Origin: Acidobacteriota bacterium
Lineage (GTDB): Bacteria > Acidobacteriota > Vicinamibacteria > Vicinamibacterales > UBA2999
DNA: 64,000 bases
Assembly: GCA_031404695.1 (NCBI GenBank)
Contig: JANNIB010000346.1
Coordinates: 155-64,154, forward strand
Direction: 5' to 3'
The translations under genes were made by a program, and so were the position numbers. Below are positions 7,875 through 17,312 of the stretch, piece by piece. How positions within the stretch are numbered: position 1 is the stretch's first letter; every line of letters begins with the position of its first letter. The notes under the pieces were generated by a model. The model did not search any database and had not been told where the DNA came from. It worked only from the letters and a program-made list of their open reading frames with translations.

Positions 7875-8930
7875 TTATCGCCCGTGGTCGGCGGCCACGT
7901 GCTCCCTGAGCACGTCGCGTCCGAAATCGCCCTGGAAATCGCGCCACACGGCGTGAATGTGATTGCCGTCGTTCTGCGAGTTGTCGTACTCGATGAGGAA
8001 CGTCGGGCCCTGCAACCGATAGTAGTGCTTCGCGCCCCGCGCCGTCGGTCCGGCCCACGCAAACGTCACGGCGTCGAGCCCGGCGGCGGTCAGGCGGCTC
8101 ATCCGCTCGGCCGCCAGGTCTGGCGCCATCATCGACGTATAGGCGTCGAGCAGGCGCATCACCGCCTCGCGCTGGGGCGCGGTGAGGCGCGCCAGGGGAA
8201 TGCCGGGCGGGGTGAGCGGCGCGATGTCGCGCTTGTTGGCCGAGACGATGTCGTTGGGCGCGGTGCCGGCCAGCACGGCCGTGCCCCGCTGGGCGTCGCT
8301 CAGCGATTCGACCACCGCGCGCCCGGCGTCTTCGAGCGGCGCCAGCACCCGCAGGCCCTTGCGCGGACCGTCTTTGACTTCGGAGGGATTGGCGCCCGTG
8401 AAGAGCGGCGAGGTCGACACCACACGGCCTTCGCTGATCGCGAAGTGCAGCGACAGGTGGTGGCCCTCGACGCGCCAGCCCCACAGGCCGCGCGGCCCCG
8501 GCGTGCCGAACACGCTGAACTGATAGTCGAGCGGCGAGCGCGCAAAGCGCGGGCTGCTCTCGATGGCGCGAAGCACGTCTTCGAGCCCGATGATGGAGGT
8601 GGCCGTGAGATAGCCCTTCTGGCTGAGCCCGGTCTTGAGAAGGGCGTGGGCTTTGTCCTTCTGCGCCGCCGACATCGCGCGAAACGCCAGCCCCTTGCGC
8701 GGGAACATCTCATTGGGGATGAAGTGCCACTGCAGGCGCTCCTCCGACGCGAAGGCGAAAACGGCCTGCGCGCGCTCCTCGGGTGACAGCGCGGCGACCA
8801 GGTCGGTGGCGGCCGCGGCCATGCGGGACGCCGACTGTTCGGTGGCCACGACGCTGGCCCACGCGGCGCTCATGGCGATGGCCACCGCCACCCCCGCGCG
8901 AATCATGACGCTGTTGCGCATAGGTCTCAC
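7875..8930 (-). CDS. DUF3500 domain protein, secreted
   Basis: The C-terminal block HYYRLQGPTFLIEYDNSQNDGNHIHAVWRDFQGDFGRDVL is the DUF3500 hallmark. An N-terminal signal peptide is present. Confidence 0.8.
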   Translation of the reverse strand: MRPMRNSVMIRAGVAVAIAMSAAWASVVATEQSASRMAAAATDLVAALSPEERAQAVFAFASEERLQWHFIPNEMFPRKGLAFRAMSAAQKDKAHALLKTGLSQKGYLTATSIIGLEDVLRAIESSPRFARSPLDYQFSVFGTPGPRGLWGWRVEGHHLSLHFAISEGRVVSTSPLFTGANPSEVKDGPRKGLRVLAPLEDAGRAVVESLSDAQRGTAVLAGTAPNDIVSANKRDIAPLTPPGIPLARLTAPQREAVMRLLDAYTSMMAPDLAAERMSRLTAAGLDAVTFAWAGPTARGAKHYYRLQGPTFLIEYDNSQNDGNHIHAVWRDFQGDFGRDVLREHVAADHGR

Positions 8931-8954
8931 CGCTCCGTTGGGATGACGTGCGCC

Positions 8955-10334
8955 CTATCCAAGGGCGATCGACACGTATTTGAGGTCGAGATATTCCTCG
9001 ATGCCCCACTTGCCGCCTTCGCGGCCAAGGCCCGACGCCTTGACCCCGCCAAACGGCGCCTGCGGCGTGGAGGGCACGCCGTCGTTCACGCCGACGATTC
9101 CGAAGTCGAGCGCCTCGGAGACGCGGAAGGCGCGCGACAGGTCGCGCGTCCAGAGATACGCCGCCAGCCCGAAGGGCGTGCCGTTGGCGGCGGCCACGGC
9201 CTCGGCCTCGCGTTCGAAGCGCACCAGCGGCGCCACCGGACCGAAGGTCTCTTCCACCAGGATGCGCATCCCGGGGACGACGCCGGTGAGCACGGTGGGC
9301 TCGAAATAGAGGCCCTCGCGCGCCTGACCGCCGACCAGGGCACGCGCCCCTTTGGCCAGCGCGTCGGCGACGTGCGCGGCCACCTTGTCGTGGCCCTGCC
9401 GGTCCACGAGTGGACCGACGTTGGTGGAGGCATCGAGCGGGTCGCCCATCCGCAGGCCCTTCACCGCCTCGGTCAGCCTGGCGGCGAACGCGTCGTGGAT
9501 GCCCGCCTGCACGTAGATGCGGTTGGCGCAGACACAGGTCTGGCCGGTATTGCGGAACTTCGAGGCCACCACCTCGCGCACGGCGAGGTCGAGATCGGCG
9601 TCGTCGAAGACGAGAAACGGCGCGTGGCCGCCCAGTTCGAGCGACACCCGCTTGACGGTTCTGGCGGCCTGCGCCGCCAGCAGCACGCCCACTTCGGTGC
9701 TGCCGGTGAAGGTGAGCTTGCGGATGGCCGGGTCGTCGAAGAACACCGACGACACCAGCGCCGGCTGCGAGGTCGTCAGCACCTGGAACACGTCCGCGGG
9801 CCCGCCGGCGTCGCGCCACAGTTCCTCGAGGCGGATGGCGGTGAGCGGCGACTGCTCGGCCGGCTTCAGCACCACCGTGCAGCCGGCGGCCAGAGCCGGG
9901 GCCGCCTTCCTCGTCACCATCGCGGCCGGGAAGTTCCACGGCGTGACGGCGTAGACCGGGCCCACGGCCTGCGGCCGCACCAGCAGCCGTTTGTGCGTGA
10001 ACTGGCTGGGGACCGTCTCGCCGTAGACGCGCTTGGCCTCTTCGGCGTACCACTCGACAAACGCCGCGGCGTATTTCACCTCGCCGCGCGACTCGGTGAT
10101 CGGTTTGCCCATCTCTTCGGTCATCAGCCGGGCGAGCCGGTCTTCGTCCTGGAGGATGAGGTTGAACCAGCGACGCAGGATGGCCGAGCGTTCGTAGGCG
10201 CTGCGATCGCGCCAGGCCGGGAAGGCCTCGATGGCGCTCGTCGCGGCGACACGCGATTCCGCCAGGCCGGCGTCGGGCACGCTGCGCACGCGCTGGCCGG
10301 TGGCCGGATTCTGGACGTCGAAGGTCGCGCTCAT
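8955..10334 (-). CDS. gabD: NAD(P)-dependent succinate-semialdehyde dehydrogenase (aldehyde dehydrogenase family)
   Basis: MSATFDVQNPATGQ...; the ALDH blocks VTPWNFPAAM, FTGSTEVG, ELGGHAP and FRNTGQTCVCANR are present. The ATG at 10334 overlaps the gabT stop (ATGA). The upstream part of ORF 8955..10856 is an extension artefact. Confidence 0.85.
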   Translation of the reverse strand: MSATFDVQNPATGQRVRSVPDAGLAESRVAATSAIEAFPAWRDRSAYERSAILRRWFNLILQDEDRLARLMTEEMGKPITESRGEVKYAAAFVEWYAEEAKRVYGETVPSQFTHKRLLVRPQAVGPVYAVTPWNFPAAMVTRKAAPALAAGCTVVLKPAEQSPLTAIRLEELWRDAGGPADVFQVLTTSQPALVSSVFFDDPAIRKLTFTGSTEVGVLLAAQAARTVKRVSLELGGHAPFLVFDDADLDLAVREVVASKFRNTGQTCVCANRIYVQAGIHDAFAARLTEAVKGLRMGDPLDASTNVGPLVDRQGHDKVAAHVADALAKGARALVGGQAREGLYFEPTVLTGVVPGMRILVEETFGPVAPLVRFEREAEAVAAANGTPFGLAAYLWTRDLSRAFRVSEALDFGIVGVNDGVPSTPQAPFGGVKASGLGREGGKWGIEEYLDLKYVSIALG

Positions 10335-11623
10335 GCGAACACCTCGCGGCACGCGCCCGCGAGGATGTCGAGGCCGCGGGCCAGTTCGTCGGGCGGCGTG
10401 GTGAGTGGCGGCAGCAGCCGGATGACGTTCTTGGCCGTGCCCGACTTCAGCAGCAGCAGGCCGCGCGCGCGCGACAGCTCCACGATCTTCTGCGCCGAGG
10501 CGGAATCGGGGGCTTGGTCGGCCGGCGCCACGATCTCGATCGCCTGCATCGCGCCGAGGCCGCGCACGTCGCCGATCTGCGGATGCGCCGCCTGCATCGC
10601 CGCCAGCGCGGCGGAGGTCTGCGCCGCCTGACGCGCCGCCTGAGCGAGCACCTGCTCGTCGGCGAACACGTCGAGCACGGCGAGCGCCGCCGCGCAGGAC
10701 ACCGGGTTGCCGGCGTAGGTGCCGCCGAGTCCGCCCACGGCCGGGCCGTCCATGATCGCGGCTTTGCCGACCACCGCCGAGAGCGGCAGTCCGCCGCCGA
10801 GGCTCTTGGCCATGGTCACGAGATCCGGCTCGATGTCGTAGTGCTCGTAGGCCCACATCTTCGCGGTGCGCCCGAAGCCGGTCTGGATCTCGTCGACGAT
10901 GAGCACGATGCCGTGTGCCGTGCAGAGGCGCCGCAGCTCACGCATGAACGCCACCGGCGCCGGCACGAAGCCGCCTTCGCCCAGTTGCGGCTCGATGATG
11001 ATAGCGGCCACCTGCGACGGCATGACCCGCGAGTCGAAGAGGTACTGCAGCGCCTTCAGCGCGTCGGCCGACGACACACCGCGGTACTCGTAGGGAAACG
11101 GCGTGTGGTAGACCTCCGACGCGAACGGCCCGAAGTTCTGCTTGTAGCCGGTGCTCGAAGCCGTCATCGACAGGCCCAGCAGCGTACGCCCGTGGAACGC
11201 GCCGTTGAAGGCGATGATGGCCGGACGGTTGGTGTAGCCGCGCGCGATCTTGACGGCGTTTTCGGTGGCCTCGACGCCGGTCGTGAGCAGCAGCGTCTTG
11301 TTGGGACCACCGGCCACGAGCCCGTTCAGCCGCGCCGCCAGTTCCACGTAGACGTCGTAGCTGGCCACCTGGAAGCAGGTGTGCATGAGGCTGTCGAGCT
11401 GCCGCTTCACCGCCTCGACCACCTTCGGGTGCCGGTGTCCGGTGTTGAGCACGCCGATGCCGCCGATGAAGTCGAGGTACTCGCGGCCCTCGGTATCCCA
11501 GACGCGCGTGCCTTCGGCGCGGGCCACGAAGAAGGGGTGCGTCTCGGCCACCCCGCGCGCGACGTGTTCGGCACGGGCGGCGGCGGTGGCAAACGGGGTG
11601 GCGGCGGCAGGACTCGTGCTCAT
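10331..11623 (-). CDS. gabT: 4-aminobutyrate / omega-amino acid aminotransferase (class III PLP)
   Basis: 430-aa ORF with class III blocks DFIGGIGVLNTGHRHPKV, LIVDEIQTGFGRTAKMWA and TMAKSLGGGLP. It overlaps the neighbouring genes by 4 nt on both sides. Confidence 0.85.
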   Translation of the reverse strand: MSTSPAAATPFATAAARAEHVARGVAETHPFFVARAEGTRVWDTEGREYLDFIGGIGVLNTGHRHPKVVEAVKRQLDSLMHTCFQVASYDVYVELAARLNGLVAGGPNKTLLLTTGVEATENAVKIARGYTNRPAIIAFNGAFHGRTLLGLSMTASSTGYKQNFGPFASEVYHTPFPYEYRGVSSADALKALQYLFDSRVMPSQVAAIIIEPQLGEGGFVPAPVAFMRELRRLCTAHGIVLIVDEIQTGFGRTAKMWAYEHYDIEPDLVTMAKSLGGGLPLSAVVGKAAIMDGPAVGGLGGTYAGNPVSCAAALAVLDVFADEQVLAQAARQAAQTSAALAAMQAAHPQIGDVRGLGAMQAIEIVAPADQAPDSASAQKIVELSRARGLLLLKSGTAKNVIRLLPPLTTPPDELARGLDILAGACREVFA

Positions 11624-13032
11624 CGTGTGACCTCGTGCTGCATGACGGCCCAGAGGCGCTCGACATCGGCGCGCTCGGTCTGTTCCGACCCGATCGACAC
11701 GCGCACCATCCAGCGCCCGTCGAGCGTGGCCGGGGTCAGGTAGGCCTGGCCCGACCGGTTGATGCGATCACACCATGCCTGCGTGTGCCTGTCCATCGCT
11801 TCGGGCGTGAGACCCGGGGGTTCGTGCCGCACGCAAACCGTCTGCAGCGGCACCGGCGCCAGCACTGTCCACCCCTGGGCCGAGGCCACCTGGGCGGCCA
11901 GCCAGCGCGCATTCTCGAGGTCGCGGCGCAGCCGCGCCTGCAGGCCGCTCACGCCCTGCTCGCGGATGAGGAACCACAGCTTCAGGGCGCGGAAGCGCCG
12001 CCCGAGCGGGATGCCCCAGTCGCGGTAGTTCTTCACCCGGCCGTCGGCCGACGACTGCAGGTAGCTCGGGTTGGTGGACATGACCCGCACGAGGTGTTCG
12101 GGGTCGCGTACGTAGTAGACCGTGCAGTCGAACGCCGCGCCGAGCCACTTGTGCGGGTTGACGACGAGTGAATCGGCCGCCTCGACCCCGTCCCACATCC
12201 AACGGCACTCGGGGAGCACCATCGCCGAACCCGCCATGGCGGCATCGACGTGCAGCCAGATGCCGGTGCCGGCGACGACCTCGGCAATCGCCCGCACCGG
12301 GTCCAGCGCGGTTGTGGTGGTGGTGCCGGTCGTGGCCACGACCGCGCAGGGCATACGGCCGGCGGCGCGGTCTTCGGCGATGGCGGCCGCCAGCGCGTCG
12401 GGCCGCATGGCAAGGGCCGCGTCGCAGGCGACGTGGCGGATGTTGTCCTTGCCGAACCCGGCCAGCAACGCTGCCTTGTCCACGGAACTGTGGCTGTAGG
12501 CAGAGGCGTAGATGACCAGCGCGTGCGGTTCGCCCTGCAGGCCGCCGCGCGCCAGGGCGTAGCTCGTGACGCGCTCACGCGCGCAGATGAGGGCGAGCAA
12601 CGTCGAGGTGGACGCGGTGTCTTCGATGACGCCCTGCCAGGCTTCCGAGAGGCCGAGCATCTGGCGCAGCCAGTCGGTGGCGACCTCCTCCACCTCGGTC
12701 AGCGCCGGACTCGACTGCCACGCCAGCCCCAGCACGCCGAGGCCGGTGGAGACGTAGTCGCCAAGCACGCTGGCGAGGGTGCCGTTGCAGGGGAAGTAGC
12801 CGAAGAAGGCCGGCGACTGCCAGTGCGACAACCCCGGCATGACGATCGTGTCGAGGTCGGCGAGCAGCGCTTCGAACGGCTCGGGCTGGTCGGGCGGCGA
12901 CTGCGGCAGCCGCGCCTTGACGTCGCCGGGCGCGGTCTGGGCCATGACCGGCCGCGCGATGACCTTGGCGCGATAGTCGGCGATCCAGTCCACCACCGCG
13001 TGGCCGTGCCTGCGGAACTCCTCGGGTGTCAT
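11620..13032 (-). CDS. PLP-dependent group II decarboxylase (aromatic-L-amino-acid/DOPA decarboxylase-like)
   Basis: MTPEEFRRHGHAVVDWIADY..; the blocks HWQSPAFFGYFP and SLVVNPHKWLGAAFDC (PLP lysine) are present, followed by a DDC-like C-terminal domain. Confidence 0.85.
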   Translation of the reverse strand: MTPEEFRRHGHAVVDWIADYRAKVIARPVMAQTAPGDVKARLPQSPPDQPEPFEALLADLDTIVMPGLSHWQSPAFFGYFPCNGTLASVLGDYVSTGLGVLGLAWQSSPALTEVEEVATDWLRQMLGLSEAWQGVIEDTASTSTLLALICARERVTSYALARGGLQGEPHALVIYASAYSHSSVDKAALLAGFGKDNIRHVACDAALAMRPDALAAAIAEDRAAGRMPCAVVATTGTTTTTALDPVRAIAEVVAGTGIWLHVDAAMAGSAMVLPECRWMWDGVEAADSLVVNPHKWLGAAFDCTVYYVRDPEHLVRVMSTNPSYLQSSADGRVKNYRDWGIPLGRRFRALKLWFLIREQGVSGLQARLRRDLENARWLAAQVASAQGWTVLAPVPLQTVCVRHEPPGLTPEAMDRHTQAWCDRINRSGQAYLTPATLDGRWMVRVSIGSEQTERADVERLWAVMQHEVTR

Positions 13033-13036
13033 CGGT

Positions 13037-13816
13037 CTAGCGGTCCCACACGTTACGGATCCAGGGCGTGGCGGCTTCGAGCGCATCGACGAAGCCGGGC
13101 ACCAGATGGTGGGGCACGTCGTCGATGAACGCAGTGGTGATGTCGGCGCCGCGGCCCTTGAGTGTCTGCACCGCCTTCTCGAGCGGCTCGATCGGCACGG
13201 TCTCATCGGCGCGGCTGTGGATGACGTAGAGCGGCACGCGCAGGAGCGGCGTGGCCCAGTCGGTGCCGGCATCGAGCGACTTGCGCGCGGCCTGCGCCTC
13301 GGCGCGGGTACGCACCGGGGTGGTCACCGGCAGCGCCGCCATCGGAATCGACGCGCGGAACAGTTCCGGATGCGTCGCTCCGAGATACCACGCCCCCGAC
13401 CCGCCCATGCTGAAGCCCGTCACGAGCGAGCGCCTGGGGTCGATCTTGTGGTCTTTCTTCACCTGCGCGACGACGGCGAGCACGGCAGCTTCGCTACCTG
13501 GATGGGCCCAGCTGAATTCGGGCGCATCAGGCGCGACGATGACGGCGCCCAGCGCTTCGAGGGCGGGAAACACGAGCTGCCCCACGTAACCGAGGCCGAA
13601 GTACGGCGACAGGCCCGGCTCCTGCGTGGTGCCGTAGTGCAGGCCGACCACGATCGGGTAGCCGCCGTCGGGCGGCGGGGACTTCGGCACCAGGGTGCCA
13701 TACGTCAGCGACCGGTCGCCGACCTTCAGCTCGCGCTGGTCCATCGTGACCGACATCTGGTCCAGCCGCTGCTCGAGAGAACGTCGCATGGGCGGGATCG
13801 TAGCGGATTGCCTCAC
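13037..13816 (-). CDS. Alpha/beta-hydrolase (esterase/dienelactone-hydrolase-like)
   Basis: The nucleophile elbow GFSMGG and the later blocks IHSRADETVP and VPHH are consistent with a Ser-Asp-His triad. No clear signal peptide. The start is uncertain. Confidence 0.7.
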   Translation of the reverse strand: MRQSATIPPMRRSLEQRLDQMSVTMDQRELKVGDRSLTYGTLVPKSPPPDGGYPIVVGLHYGTTQEPGLSPYFGLGYVGQLVFPALEALGAVIVAPDAPEFSWAHPGSEAAVLAVVAQVKKDHKIDPRRSLVTGFSMGGSGAWYLGATHPELFRASIPMAALPVTTPVRTRAEAQAARKSLDAGTDWATPLLRVPLYVIHSRADETVPIEPLEKAVQTLKGRGADITTAFIDDVPHHLVPGFVDALEAATPWIRNVWDR

Positions 13817-13834
13817 CGGGCGGCTAGCGGCCGG

Positions 13835-14227
13835 CTAGGCGCGGCGCTTGACGGCGGCGACGGCCCCGCCAACGAGATAGCAGACCGACATCGCGACCGC
13901 GAGCACGGCGGAGGCGACCATCGGCTGGTAACGTCCGTCGTAGAGGCCGACCGCCGCCCACACGGTGAACCAGAGCCACGGACGGGCAAACTGCAGGGCG
14001 CCGCCGACGGGCCCGGCCAGTCCGCGCGCCACAGTGAAGAACCCGAACGCGCCCGAGCCCAGCCCTGCGGCCACCACCGTGCCCTGCGCCGTCGTCCGGG
14101 CACCGAGGAACACGGCCGTGACGATGACGGTGAGCGCCACGGTGGCGAAGGCGGCATAGATGCCGGGCAGGATTCGGGACGACGCACGCAGCACGAGACT
14201 GCCGTCGAGTATACCGGCGCAACTCAC
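13835..14227 (-). CDS. Small integral membrane protein (about 130 aa, about 4 TM segments), unknown family
   Basis: Hydrophobic segments PGIYAAFATVALTVIVTAVFLG, VVAAGLGSGAFGFFTVA, WLWFTVWAAVGLY and MVASAVLAVAMSVCYLVGGAVAA. I infer a GTG start at 14227 that overlaps the radical-SAM stop (GTGA). The longer ORF 13835..14434 would overlap the radical-SAM gene by 210 nt. Confidence 0.55.
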   Translation of the reverse strand: MSCAGILDGSLVLRASSRILPGIYAAFATVALTVIVTAVFLGARTTAQGTVVAAGLGSGAFGFFTVARGLAGPVGGALQFARPWLWFTVWAAVGLYDGRYQPMVASAVLAVAMSVCYLVGGAVAAVKRRA

Positions 14228-15345
14228 CAGCCTTCCTGCCGCGACTCTCCCGGCAATGCCGTGAACGGCCGGAGGTACGGTGCGAGGTAGCGCAGTTGCG
14301 TGGGGTCGCGGCGCGATCGGCCCCAGGTGTGGGCGAAGTCGAACCAGATGGGCACGCCGAGCGTGTGTGCCATGTCGATCGCCTGCCGGAACTGCTCGTC
14401 GCGATCGTTCCACGCGAAGACGACGTACTGCCACACCACCTGCACGGAGGTTCCGCGCGCCAGGCCCGCCGCGTGCGACAGATGCTTCCAGCCCCGGGCG
14501 AAGGTGCCGCCGATGCGGTAGCGCTGGTAGCTGGCCTCGTCGCAGCCATCGAGCGAGAACACCAGGCAGTCCACGAGGCGCTCGTTCACGATGGCCGCTG
14601 CCGTCGCCTCGCGCACGTGCTGCCCATCGGTGGATACCGCAACGACCGCCGCCGGCATGACGTGGCGGACGTGGCGGAGCGCCTCGACGAGTCGTGGGTA
14701 GAGGAACGGCTCGCCGTAGTTGAAGAGGTCCACGCGCTCGACGCCTGGCCCGGCTTCAGACACCACGCGCTTCAGGACGTCGATCGGCAGGGTGCCCCGT
14801 CGTGACGCCGGTATCCGGCCACGCAGCAGCAGCGCCGCCGCGCGTGACCGCTGCGGCACCGGCGGAATCCACGAGGCTGGCACCAGTTTCTGGATTCCGT
14901 CGGCGAGGTGCTGCTTGGCCCGGCGCAGGCCGTCCCACGCGAGGAAGCGCGCTCCGCCGTCGCGATAGGCATCCCGCCAGGTGGTATCACCGGCGATGTC
15001 GCGCACCGGGCACGACAGGCAGCGCAGGTCGCAGGTCGTCGTGGGTTCGATAGCGAGGAACCGCAAGGCGGTCGCAATCGACTCCCCGGGTGGCGCCGGC
15101 AGGGTCTTGAGCGCGCATGTCTTTCCGACCGCGCGGCAGTATTGATCGGGCGTGGACAGCACCAGTGCACGCAGTTCGCGGGCGCGCGGACCGTCGAGGA
15201 TCGCGGGCAACGACGTGGCGTGCACGTTCCCGAGAACGAACTCGCCGCGCCCATCGATGATGCTGCAGACGACATCGCCGTTGGCATGCACCGACGCCGC
15301 CTCGAAGGCGTGCCGACACCGACGTCCGACGGTGCCGGCAGTCAC
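14224..15345 (-). CDS. Radical SAM protein with an N-terminal SPASM/twitch-like Cys domain (unusual domain order)
   Basis: CxxxCxxC at aa 105-112 (IEPTTTCDLRCLSCP) and NYGEPFLYP at aa 209-217. The N-terminal 80 aa, C-RHAFEAASVHANGDVVC-SIIDGRGEFVLGNVHATSLPAILDGPRARELR...QYCRAVGKTC, resemble a SPASM domain. Confidence 0.75.
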   Translation of the reverse strand: MTAGTVGRRCRHAFEAASVHANGDVVCSIIDGRGEFVLGNVHATSLPAILDGPRARELRALVLSTPDQYCRAVGKTCALKTLPAPPGESIATALRFLAIEPTTTCDLRCLSCPVRDIAGDTTWRDAYRDGGARFLAWDGLRRAKQHLADGIQKLVPASWIPPVPQRSRAAALLLRGRIPASRRGTLPIDVLKRVVSEAGPGVERVDLFNYGEPFLYPRLVEALRHVRHVMPAAVVAVSTDGQHVREATAAAIVNERLVDCLVFSLDGCDEASYQRYRIGGTFARGWKHLSHAAGLARGTSVQVVWQYVVFAWNDRDEQFRQAIDMAHTLGVPIWFDFAHTWGRSRRDPTQLRYLAPYLRPFTALPGESRQEGW

Positions 15346-15366
15346 CGGCGCCTGCCCGCGCGCATG

Positions 15367-16464
15367 TCAGTACTCCGCGAACATGCGCCGCAGTTCTGCC
15401 AGGTCGCGCGTCTTCGTGAGGCCGAGCATCAGCAGGATGCGCGCCTTCTGCGGCGTGAGGTTGTCGCCGGGAATCATCCCGAGGGCGTCGTAGTCGGCGA
15501 GCGCGACGACGCGGCCGTTCCCAGTGCGGTTCGAACGCACGAGCACAGGCCGGGTGGCGGCGGGCGCCTCGATGAGCGGCTTGAGCGACGCGCGCTCGGC
15601 CGTGGAGATGAGTCCGGCGCCGGTGCCGGCAAATACGATCCCCTGCACGCCCGCGGCGGCCAGTGCCGAGGCGAGCACGGTCGTGGGCTGCACGTACGAG
15701 TAGAGAATCTCGACCGCCGGCAGGCTGGTGCGCCCGCGGACGTCGAACTCCGAGCGCGCCGTGTGGCGCTTGGTGGACGCGCGATAGAACGCAACCTGGT
15801 CGGCGTCCACGTAGCCGAGCAGGCCGAGTTCCGGCGCGCGGAACGTCTCGACACGGTAGGTGTTGGTCTTGGTGACGTCGCGCGCGCCGTTCACCTCTTC
15901 GTTCAGCACGACCAGCGCACCCTTCCCCACCGCCTCCTTCGACACCGCGGTGCGCACCGCGTTCAGCAGGTTCAGTGGACCGTCGGCGCTCATCGCCGAG
16001 GCCGGACGCATCGAGCCCACCAGCACCACCGGCTTGTCGTGCCTGACGGTCAGGTTGAGGAAGTAGGCCGTCTCCTCGATGGTGTTGGTGCCGTGAGTGA
16101 TGACCACGCCCGAGACGCGGGAGTCAGTGTCGAAGAGCTGATTGATGCGGTTGGCGAGGGTGAGCCAGTGCGCGACGGTGATGTCGGTGCTGCTGACGTT
16201 CGCAATCTGCTCGACGCGCACTTCCGCCACGTCTTTGATCTCGGGCACGGCCGCGACGAGTTCTTCGCCAAGGAGTGCGCCCGACTTGTATTCGGCCAGG
16301 CTCGTGGAGGTCGCCCCCTTTCCCGAGATCGTGCCGCCGGTCGAGAGCACCCACACGAGTGGACGTGCGGCCGGCGGCGCCTGCGCGCGCGGCGCGGCGA
16401 TGGAAGCCACGGCGACCAGGGCGGCAGGCAGAAGCGTGAACGGACGGAGCGCGGCAGGGGTCAT
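15367..16464 (-). CDS. Type II (periplasmic) L-asparaginase/glutaminase
   Basis: Signal peptide MTPAALRPFTLLPAALVAVASIAAPRAQA. Asparaginase blocks VLSTGGTISG, VITHGTNTIEETAYFL and VLVGSMRPASA are present. Confidence 0.9.
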   Translation of the reverse strand: MTPAALRPFTLLPAALVAVASIAAPRAQAPPAARPLVWVLSTGGTISGKGATSTSLAEYKSGALLGEELVAAVPEIKDVAEVRVEQIANVSSTDITVAHWLTLANRINQLFDTDSRVSGVVITHGTNTIEETAYFLNLTVRHDKPVVLVGSMRPASAMSADGPLNLLNAVRTAVSKEAVGKGALVVLNEEVNGARDVTKTNTYRVETFRAPELGLLGYVDADQVAFYRASTKRHTARSEFDVRGRTSLPAVEILYSYVQPTTVLASALAAAGVQGIVFAGTGAGLISTAERASLKPLIEAPAATRPVLVRSNRTGNGRVVALADYDALGMIPGDNLTPQKARILLMLGLTKTRDLAELRRMFAEY

Positions 16465-16489
16465 CGTTCCGGCAGTATAGCCGTCGCAA

Positions 16490-17251
16490 TTACACCTCCG
16501 TCTCGAGGGCGTCGTCGTGCATGAGCAGCTGGGCCGTGAGGGTGGCGCCAAGGCGCGACCCGGCGCCGATCCGGCAGATGGAGCCGAAGCCGGACGGGAT
16601 GCCGAAGGCGCCAGTGGCGCCGTCGGCCAGCACGACCTCGAACTCGCCGACCAGGCGCCTGCTGCGGCCGACCAGCGCCACGTCGTCGCCGACACGGACT
16701 TCCAGCGGCGACGGGAAGATGGCGTGGGTGAGCCCCGAGGCGACGTAGATCGGATCGCGGCGGCGGAACACCTCGGTGATCTCGTCGCGCAGGTCCGTGG
16801 GCCAGCGGACCGCGATGCCCTCGCCGAGTGGCATCGCGGCCAACGGCCCGATCGCCATGACCAGCTGGCCGCCCCTCAGCACCGACACGCCGAGGTCGCC
16901 GTTGTCGGTGCACAGCAGGTGCAGCACGTCACCGGGCGCCAGCTGCTCGATCACCGTGGACTCGACATGGAAGGTCGCGGTGCGCACGCCGGCACCGTCC
17001 ATCCTGCGGGCGCTCATCACGAACGCGTGACGCCGTAGCTTGGCACGTGCGCCATCGCCAGAGCTCACGCCGGCCTCACGCACGGTGAGCAGTGGCGACC
17101 GGCCGACGAGGCGCACGACGTTGCCGCTCAGCATCGGCAGGCGCGACGCCGGCAGGTCCCGGCTCGTCAGGGCGCACTCGAATCCGCCGTTTGCGGCCAG
17201 CACCGGCACGATGCCGACGTAGTCGTAGGTCTCGTTCGAATGAAAAGCCAT
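16490..17251 (-). CDS. Hypothetical cytoplasmic protein, no family recognised
   Basis: 253-aa ORF MAFHSNETYDYVGIVPVLAANGGFECALTS..., co-directional with and 25 nt upstream of the asparaginase gene. Its composition looks coding rather than antisense-like. I can name no motif. Confidence 0.55.
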   Translation of the reverse strand: MAFHSNETYDYVGIVPVLAANGGFECALTSRDLPASRLPMLSGNVVRLVGRSPLLTVREAGVSSGDGARAKLRRHAFVMSARRMDGAGVRTATFHVESTVIEQLAPGDVLHLLCTDNGDLGVSVLRGGQLVMAIGPLAAMPLGEGIAVRWPTDLRDEITEVFRRRDPIYVASGLTHAIFPSPLEVRVGDDVALVGRSRRLVGEFEVVLADGATGAFGIPSGFGSICRIGAGSRLGATLTAQLLMHDDALETEV

Positions 17252-17312
17252 CAGGGCGCTGGTTGGCCGGACCGGCCGGTAGCGCCCATTCTCGCATCCG
17301 CGGCGCGCCCCG

